Below, piece after piece: positions 55,301 through 64,000 of a stretch of DNA of 64,000 nucleotides. The notes below the pieces were generated by a model that made no database searches, was not told the DNA's origin, and was given only the letters and a program-made list of their open reading frames with translations. The DNA comes from Eledone cirrhosa (taxonomy: Eukaryota), in the NCBI GenBank assembly GCA_964016885.1, contig OZ024740.1, positions 171,988,001 to 172,052,000 on the forward strand. The letters are read 5' to 3'. Each line of letters starts with the position of its first letter. Positions within the stretch are counted from its first letter, which is position 1. The position numbers were made by a program, and so were the translations under genes.

Positions 55301-58300
55301 TGTATATGTGTGTGTATGAGAAATTGATACTTACTGAGATCAAATATAGTTGGGGTAGATGTCATTGATGGTGTGTAACTATTACCATATGCTGAATAGA
55401 CAGAAAGAAGAAAAACAAACTGAATATTGTGCAATATATTTGACAAGATAGGGCAATAAACAGAGTTCAGTGCATGACTCCCATGTAGGACCTTCAATTA
55501 TATGTGCAGTCCATCCGATGGACTATGCAGAGGACTTGGTTCAGAATGAGGCAATAGTAATAAATATTTGTAGAAGATGCCACACGGTGGGAGTCAAGCT
55601 CAGGAGCTCATGATTACAAAGGGAACTTTTAGCCATTTGGCCATGTTGTGTACATACAGACATACAACTTCATCATCATTTAATGTCATTGTCCCTGTTT
55701 GCAAGGGTTGGATGGTTTGTCATAGACTGAGTCAGTACTTAAGTGAAGTTACTAACCTCAGAGATGAGCCAGGGACTGCTTCTCACTTACATGAATACTC
55801 AGTCATGTTGCAGTTCATTTACATATTTTCCTGCACTCTATTGAGTACATTTTAGCATGGAACCAGTACCATGGAGGCTGCCATATCTTTAACACACCTT
55901 AAGAATCCTCCTAATTCTTTGTTTGAAAGGTTTTCTGCAGCTGGATGCCCTTCCTATCACCAACCACTTTACAGAGTGTATTAGGTGCATTTATCAGGTC
56001 GATCACCAATGCTAGAGAGGTTGTCATGTTTTTGACACAGCTTAATAGTCCAAAGGAATGAATAATAGCTTTTATAAAATAATACAAATGCTGGCAAATG
56101 AAGTTGCTAAGATGATAATAAACTAGAATTCAATGTGTATCAAATAATTGTTTCTACTTTTGGAACAAGGCCAGCAATTACCCAGTGCATTACTGGTACT
56201 TTATTTTATCGACCCCGTAAAGATGAAAGGCAAAGTTAACCCTGGCGGGATTTGAACTCAGAATGGCAAGGGCCGTAACTCTACACGTCAAAGCATGGCG
56301 TCCAACCCTCTACCGGTAATGTGTAATCAAATAATGTTGACTGGTGTGTTTGACTCTGGAGGGAAAGGATTTGTTGATACTATGGAAAACAAAGTATTTT
56401 GGTTTGGTGGTTTTGATACATCAATTAAACTAAATTATGGGGTCAAAAAAAAAACGAAAAAAAAAAAAAAAAAATTGAGCATCATATCTTTATTTTTCCT
56501 TCTTACTATTTCTTATACTCTGTCTCTTTGTAGATGAATGTCACACCAATATACACTAATACACACAAACTTCTTTCATACATTGCAATGTGCAGACACT
56601 TGAATACTTATATACTACACACACATGTGCACACAAATACAGGGGAAAATATGCTTACTTGGTGCAAAAGAACCCGTTGTGGATGCAGGCGAAGAATTGG
56701 TGCTTCTTGCTGTTGCTGTAGAAGAGAAACATAAAAGCCATTATAAACCTTCAAGAGAAACTTGCATCTTTCAAACACATCACAGTTATATATTGGATAT
56801 AAAGAACATTTGTGAGGAAAGTAATAGGTTAGTTTACTTTCAATTCTAACACTATTTCAGTAAATTAAAATTAAATGTTAATTCTTTTTCACAAGCCACA
56901 CAAGTTGTTAGTACACATGATCATTTTTTCTCTCAATATCACTCTCTGTAACATTAATTATAAGAATGAGGGACAATACCTCCCCAAGAAACAAATCTAC
57001 TCTATCACAAGTATCTTTGAGCATTAGAGCCTATAAGATGGGGAGGGATTCAGCTGGAACATAAGCCTAGAGTCTCAGAATACCAATGTGGGGCCTGTGA
57101 TAGGTGATGCTCCACCCTAAAAAAAAAAAATGAAAAAACTCAACCCTTTTGAGGTTTGAGAAGAGTTTCCCTTCTCTTGGGGGCACAAAAGCACTAAAGG
57201 AGCAAATAGGAAAAATGATGTCATTTATGGAAATACAAACTCTTTTCACATCCTCTATCCACCCCAATATGGATGGTGAAAAAGTTTTTTTCAGCCCTCA
57301 ACTCCTGATGGAGTTGTAGGGGTGCTATCATGGGATATACAAGGTTTTTGACACAGCATATCCATATCCCTCATCAGGCTTGATCACAATCAATTCCTGT
57401 AGAGACATAGAGAAAGGATGAGAAGAAAAGTATCAATTGCAGTACTGGTCTGATTCTTTATTGATTGACACCCATAGCAGGATTTCAACTCGGAACAATG
57501 ATAACCAGAAGCAATACCACAAGACATATTCCATGCTCTAAAGACTGCCAATTCAATATCTTAATTATCTCTGATTCCATTGTCTTCACCAAGAGAAAGG
57601 ACATCAAAAAGGTATCTAAAGTGGACCCTAAAGGAATGAAAGGCAATGTTGACCCCAGAATGGAAGGCATATTCTATCCAAGGCCAAGCCTTAACTATCT
57701 ATTGATTTCATTGTTTTCAGTTAGAGAAGAGGTATCAAAATAATATCTGAAGTGAGAACGAAAGATTGAGAAAAAAAAACAAGAAAAAATATACAAGCAG
57801 AGTAAAAGAGGGAAGGGAAAGTGCTGGAAACAAGAATACACAAAAAAGAAAGCTGAACTCACTTGAAATGAAAGAATCCAGTGGCATGTAGCAGGCTGGC
57901 TCTATTCAGAGAAAAAAACAAAACAAAAGAGAGATACATATAAGAAAGAGAGAGAGGGATTGTTGTTGATTGCTCACCTTATAACTATGTCTATGTAAGA
58001 CCATCCCAGTATGCTTGTATGTACTATAGGTCAGTATTCAGGAAATCTTTTAGACACACACACACACACACTGACACACATACAAATAAACATAAACTCA
58101 CATACATAATCACAAGTACACTTTCACAAACACACCTACATTGTTCACCGTGCTTATACATTTTCATACACCCTATTAGACTTATATAGTTATTATAGTC
58201 CCAAACATAAGCACAAACATATACACACACACTCACAGGCCACACAGAAACTAACACAAAATTACAGACACGCACACACACACTGTCACACAAGTACCAA

Positions 58301-61300
58301 TTCCCTGACATACACAAAATCTAATGCTGAGAAAACATATATATACACACACTCAAAATCACAAGCACTAATTCACATGCTTCTCTCTCTCTCTCTCTTA
58401 CACACACAAGCACTAGTTATACATACACACACATTTACAACTCACAAAGAAACACAATCACAAACTACACATACATACACTATAAAGTACACATATTTAA
58501 TGTAAAATAGATAATTGTTGCATCATGGGCTAGATTAGATTAACAGCAATAACAAAACATGTTTCGTAAATAATGACATCATAGCATTGATTTATGTCTA
58601 TTTTTATACCATCTAGTTTTACTTGCATTATTTTTTTTTCATTTGAATACATGTATGTGCATATTCATTATGTCATATATACATATGTAAATGTAGATAC
58701 ATTATGTCACAGATACATGCATATATGCCCATTATAACATAAATATGCACATATACACATGTTATGTAACATGTATGTGTAAATACATTATGTCACATAT
58801 ATTTGTATATACAAATACTCATCATGATATCATGATCATTTAATGTCCATTTTCCATGCTAGCATGGGTTAGACGGGTTGTTCCTTTAGAGGCAGGTTGG
58901 GTCAGATGACCGTGTCTTGCTCATTTAGAACTGCTCCTGGCTAGGTTTCTATGGTTTGATGCCCTTCCTAATGCCAATATGTATAAATGCTTATTTTATG
59001 AGTATGTGGTGAACATAGTTATACATACATTGAATTAAGGACTCATATACAGTATATAGAATCAATATAATGTTTGTTATCAATGGTGCAACTGCTTACT
59101 TTGTAGTTTCACCAACATGATTGACTATCAAAATTGTTTTGGTAAGTCAATAACAGCAAAACCTCAAAGTAAATAGTTACCATTACCATCAAATATAACC
59201 TATATATATAAATATAAAGATAATTACCATGTACACTGTTTGAATACCAATCTGGCAACTGTCCAATACTGAAGTTTGGACCTAAATTAACAGAAAAAAA
59301 AAGAAGCATAAGTGTTAAAGCTTGAATTTTGATATTTGTTACAGAATATTTGTCATAGAACAACCAAAAGTTTATAATATACAGAGTGGACAGGAAGGAG
59401 AGAACTATCAGAGAATGACAAAGCAACCATTCTCAGGAGTATGCCAATTCACACAGATAAGGAGGCCCTGACTAGTTAAGGATCACTAGGAATATATCAA
59501 CTGACTGATACATAACTAAGAGGCATTTAGACTATTTTGTGCTGTACTACACAAAAGGCTATTCTTGGAAGGTTTCAGTGACATATTTGTTTTTCTATGA
59601 GAAGAGGATGCAATCGTAGGGAGAAACCTTTTGTTGTCAACAACGGGAGTAACTCTCTAAACTTTTCCCATCCTATCCTTATTCTAGCTATTATACTCTC
59701 AGAGCACCCTCCCCTGCTGCTAATTAGGTTACGTAGATAACAGAAGCTACCAACCAACCATGTCTATGGATCCTTCCTGTGACTAGAAAAGGTTTATATT
59801 ATTGGCACTCTTCAATTACTTCTGTGCATCTACATACACAATTCTCCCTTCCTGTTACTCTACTCATTATCCCACTACATCTTTTGTGTACCCAAGATTT
59901 ACATTGTGTACATTGTATGGAGTTTATGCCCACTCTTTTTCTACGTGTGTAGCAGGGCCACTTCCCTAAAGGGATCAGGGTCTTATCTTCTTTCCTACTC
60001 ACTAGCACTGTATAGTAAATTATATTTACCTGGGTTGCTGTTTTGTACTGCTAGTGCAGATTGGGCACTGGACCATGCTTCTAGAGAAACAAGAGAAGAA
60101 TGACCTTCAATTATTTTTGTACAAAATATTGGTATAATTTATTATCTTCAGTATATAACAACAACCAGTTCATAACAAAGATCAGTTCTTTATAACAACA
60201 GAAAATAAATGTTCAACCACAACAAATAGAACAAATGCATCACAACAGTAACTAACAAAAGTAATTACGATCCAACTGTAAGACACCTTGGGCAAGTGTC
60301 TCGACTATAGCTTATGGTTGACCAATCCCTTATGAAAGGAATTTGGTAAATGTAAGAATGAAAAGCAAAGTCAACCATTACAGGATTTGAATGCAGAACC
60401 TAAAGGGTTATAATGAAATACCACAAGACATTTTGTCTGACATTAACGATTCTACCAATTTCACTGCCTCATAATAATGATGGTGGTGGTGGTGGTGGTG
60501 GTGGCAATAATATTGATAATAATGCTAATAGTAAGAATAATGATGGTTTCTTATTTTGGCTTAAGGCCAGCAATTTGGGGAGAAGAAAAAGTCTTGATTG
60601 AAGCATTATTTTATTGACCACAGAGAGATGGAAGGCAAAGTTGACCTTGGTAGGATTTGAACACAGAACATAAAGAGCTAAAACAGTACTGCTAAGTATT
60701 TGTTTGACACTATCAACTCTGCCAATCCTTACCCTATGATAATGATAATGGTAGTAGTGGTGATAATAATAATAGTAATAATAATAGAAGTAACTTGGAT
60801 GTCTGATTGTAGTGAGTAAAAATAATCCTGACACAACCATACACAACAATGAACAGTTACATACATAGACATACACACAAACAAGTGGAAAACGATAAAT
60901 AGATAGACTATGAAGTAAAAATTAACAAAAGTTAAGTGAAAGAAGAGAGACAACTAATTTTATATGGCCACAAGAGGGGGAATGGGAGGTGGGGAACAGA
61001 TAAACAAACAAAAAAAGCAAACACTTAATGATAAAATAAACAGAATATACACACACACATATATATTATATATATATATATATACACACACAACATATAT
61101 GCACATATTTTATGCAGAGGCATGTATTCCTGAGAGCTATGGTAGGCATTACTTATCCTATAGCTGAGTCCCTTTTGTTACCTATACTGCCTGAAACCGC
61201 AGCAGGTTCTATGATACAAAGCTGTCTGTTTTAAACTGTTTGCATTTATCTAGAAACCTTCCATCAGGATTTTATGTAAGAATCTTGGTTAAATTATGTT

Positions 61301-63673
61301 TCAAACACCTGCTTAATAATGAGAAAGTTAGTCATATTACTAAATCTCTCTCCAAATGCTTGATTGTTTAAAAAAAAAATTACATTAGAAATATGATAAT
61401 GAAAGGATTAACAGTTTGGAATAAGATAATAAACTAGTATTGGTATGAACTTCTTTTTAACCATTAGATTTTGTCTTGAAAATGATGGTTTCTCAAATGC
61501 GAAACATTTCAATGCTTACTCTCATATTTATTCATGCCTCACCACTGTATACATATATGTATATGTGTGTCTGTGTGTGTCTGCATGAATATATATATAT
61601 ATATATATATATATAAACAGAGAAAGAGGAAAGGCGAGCAAAATGAAATAAAGCAAGAAGAGGAAAAAACAACGAAAGAAAACAAAAACTACAAAACAAC
61701 CAAAATATTTCTGTTCTACACCCAGAAATTTAATTCATACCTGACCCATGAGGAAAGACCAGAGTTCACGACAGCAAACCTGTTCTTTGCCTAACCCGTT
61801 GGACAGGTGTGTCGAAATGGAACGCTTTGCCCAGAGGCTCGTTGTGCACTGTGTATATGTGGCCAGAACGGTATGAAGTGGTTGTTAGGTAGAGCGAGCG
61901 TTGGTCAGAGGCTAGTTTGGAACGAGTGCTGGAAGTACTTACGCTGGATTTGACAGTCCAGACTGGGACTATTTTCGCTCTTAATAGATGAGGAACAAGA
62001 AGATACCAAACAGGAATTTAAAGTAGCTGCAAAGAAAATGAAAGGAAGAAGGATTAAAATCATGAAAATCGCAGAAGAGATATCAATTTCATACAACCAA
62101 ATGTGTTGGTGTATAAGGTGAATATGGCACATGGTAACAAGGAGGACCTCTCAGAAAAATTTTACAAGGCAGAACAAGCCTGCTTTCAGGTTTTAGGGAA
62201 AGGGATCAGAGGGAGAGCTCCTCTCAAAATTCATGAGGCTGGGAGTATATTTTTCATGACCAGAGCAACAGATATTCATGGCCCACTCCTTAGTTCTCCA
62301 GGTTAAATGCACAGGCTGAGCCTCCTTCTTATGGGGACTAAATGCAAGAATTGTTGATTTGGGTTCAATGTTTAGGAATGTTTTTACAAAAGGTGATCTG
62401 AAAGTTGTTAGAGCATTGGATTAAATACCTTGGGTATGTTTCAGCTCTTTGAGTTCATCAAATCCTGCCATGGTCAAAATTACCTTTTATCTTTTCAAGA
62501 TCAATAAAATACCAGTCATAGATGATGGACTGGCACAACTTTTTGACTGCTAAATGGGAGGCCTTGCCGTATTTGTTTCGGTACTGTGAGTTTAAATCCC
62601 ACTGTGATGTACAGGCTACCAGGCAGAAATGGGATTAAGGTGCTGGTATAGTGTTAATGGAACCTTATTAAAAAGGACTTTTACAATAAATTCTTCCGAA
62701 AGGTTAAAGCTGAGTTATGTTTATCACTCTGTTAACCATGTGAGAGAGAGTGTCAATGCTTGGCCTAGGGTATCAATTTATTATAGGTTTAAGACTTGGG
62801 AGATTTCAGTGCAACACTGCAAGTTAATGAAGTGGTTTCTCAGCTACACACAGCTGTTTTGCTCAAAGCAATGGATTAACCTTAACATTACCATCTGACT
62901 TACTGAGTACAGGTAGACATTTTATTTAGTTCATGCAGAGTAAAGAGCAGACAAATCTCATTCAGGTGAAGAGCATGTATCTTGAGTTTTTTGGGGGGAC
63001 AGCAACATCTAGATCCACATTAAAAGACAAGCAACCCATGGTTAAAATGCAGACCAGCCAAGCAATCATTCCATTGGTTTTTATACCTCTACATTTTACA
63101 CAACACAGTTAACTGGAGATACTCAATAGCTGTTGCTGGTGTTACAACTACCACCATCATCACTACAACCACAACTACTACAGCATACATCATTTGTTTA
63201 TATTTTACATATCATTCCTTTTTTCTTTTCTTTTAAACAAATAACCACTTCAAGAATCTGCCTGTTTGCCTAAAGGTTAAGGCAAATGCAATTTATGCAT
63301 AAATAAATAGATGAATAAATAAATTAGCTAATTAACTCACGTGATTCCCTCCTAATTATGTCCTGAATATCTTCCCAGCGTGCTGCCTGATCTTCATCAG
63401 AAAACTCTTGGTGATGAAATTTAGAAATGATTTTGTGTTCTTCATAACTGGGAGGTGGAGCCCTCGGTAGATCAAGGATTTGGTCAGGACATTCTACAAG
63501 GAAAGCACTGCCTGGGGAAGAAGCCATTAAAGAGAACGGAAGATCGGTCAGTTTCGATGGAACTGTTTGGTCATCTTCTGAGTGTTGCTCTGAATGTTGA
63601 TCCATGGATTCTAATCCAACTTCATCACCAACACTACAGCGGAGGCCTAGGACTTTGTCAAAGAATTTTTTCT
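48755..63673 (-). CDS. ETS-domain transcription factor gene (multi-exon; 5' end possibly outside the window)
   Basis: Nine exons with canonical AG/GT sites join in one open frame ending in the ETS domain; see individual exons. Confidence 0.85.
50209..50433. repeat. Degenerate 28-bp minisatellite, ~8 copies (intronic)
   Basis: GGATACAGTGTACCTATTCTAAAAACTG-like units. Confidence 0.85.
50592..50651 (-). CDS. ETS gene exon, 60 bp (DESCDIICGMTFDQLMSYIPE)
   Basis: ttctag|...CCAG|gtaaag; phase 1-1; open frame. Confidence 0.75.
51178..51832. repeat. Tandem repeat, 101-102 bp unit, ~6.5 copies (intronic)
   Basis: Units start at 51178, 51279, 51380, 51482, 51584, 51686, 51787. Confidence 0.95.
54325..54648 (-). 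repeat. Two tandem SINE copies separated by a duplicated target sequence
   Basis: ATCATCATGATAAATATA at 54307 and 54513; GATAAATATA at ~54647. Confidence 0.85.
54686..54853 (-). CDS. ETS gene exon, 168 bp (Asn-rich; SPSRCTPSPSYD...KQRPCKKIP)
   Basis: tttacag|...CCTG|gtaag; phase 1-1. Confidence 0.8.
55335..55391 (-). CDS. ETS gene exon, 57 bp (YGNSYTPSMTSTPTIFDL)
   Basis: ttcag|...CTCA|gtaagt; phase 1-1. Confidence 0.75.
56149..56317 (-). repeat. tRNA-derived SINE with a ~17 bp TSD
   Basis: TSD AATGTGTA(A)TCAAATAAT. Confidence 0.85.
56659..56715 (-). CDS. ETS gene exon, 57 bp (TARSTNSSPASTTGSFAP)
   Basis: ctacag|...CCAA|gtaagc; phase 1-1. Confidence 0.75.
57863..57901 (-). CDS. ETS gene exon, 39 bp (PACYMPLDSFIS)
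   Basis: gaatag|...TCAA|gtgagt; phase 1-1. Confidence 0.7.
59228..59281 (-). CDS. ETS gene exon, 54 bp (PNFSIGQLPDWYSNSVH)
   Basis: aatttag|...CATG|gtaatt; phase 1-1. Confidence 0.7.
59600..60010 (-). mobile_element. RTE-like LINE relic with a PHD-like finger next to the RT C-terminal motifs
   Basis: GKWPC...VGINSIQCTQCKSWVHKRCSG...CRC, then FCYL-N-ISS-GGC...ARIR-GW-KFRELLPLLT. Confidence 0.75.
61943..62026 (-). CDS. ETS gene exon, 84 bp (TLNSCLVSSCSSSIKSENSPSLDCQIQ)
   Basis: ttgcag|...CAGC|gtaagt; phase 1-1. Confidence 0.8.
63341..63673 (-). CDS. ETS gene exon, 333 bp (KKFFDKV...MDQHSE...PPPSYEE...DIIRRES)
   Basis: tttctag|...TCAC|gtgagt; phase 1-1; open throughout. Confidence 0.8.
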
Positions 63674-64000
63674 CTAGAAATCCCGAGAAAGAAAAGAGAG
63701 AAAAAAAAACAACAATAAATAAATCCAGAAAGTAAATTCAAATTATATATAATTAAAGATGTTTTCTCTGAAGGATGTTGGAAAGAAACCACAGTTAAAT
63801 AAGGTACTCAATAAGTTAGTAGAGGAGAAGCATATTTATTTTATATAGAAATAATTTCTATATAATTTCTTACAAACGAAACAGTTCTAGACCTGTAGAA
63901 GCCATTCCTCTCTCAATGTATATAATTTCTCTTTATATATATATACGCATGCATATAAATGGTTTTAAAATAAATGCCTGCTCCTAATGATCTCTACAAG

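Overview
AT-rich, microsatellite-dense eukaryotic DNA. The repeat content looks like an octopus/cephalopod genome (inference). About 1-46 kb is a transposon graveyard: Tx1/L1-type LINE pieces (one with twin-priming-type 5' inversion geometry), R4-, CRE- and RTE-type LINE relics, two Tc1/mariner relics, hAT MITEs with exact 8-bp TSDs, a small non-autonomous Helitron and many tRNA-derived SINEs. About 48.7-63.7 kb holds the 3' part of a minus-strand ETS transcription factor gene. I reconstructed it by hand as eight symmetric phase-1 exons (39-333 bp) plus a terminal exon with a divergent ETS domain. The most striking unexplained pattern is a dense, sequence-diverse set of non-coding foldback (inverted-repeat) or tandem elements that abut (TA)n tracts. 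They repeatedly carry type I hammerhead-ribozyme cores (CUGANGA...GAAA-short, often palindromic stem III-NUH), including a recurrent CCGAUGA core variant and very long domain II inserts. This fits Penelope-like/retrozyme-like elements. All calls are by eye; no searches or folding were run.
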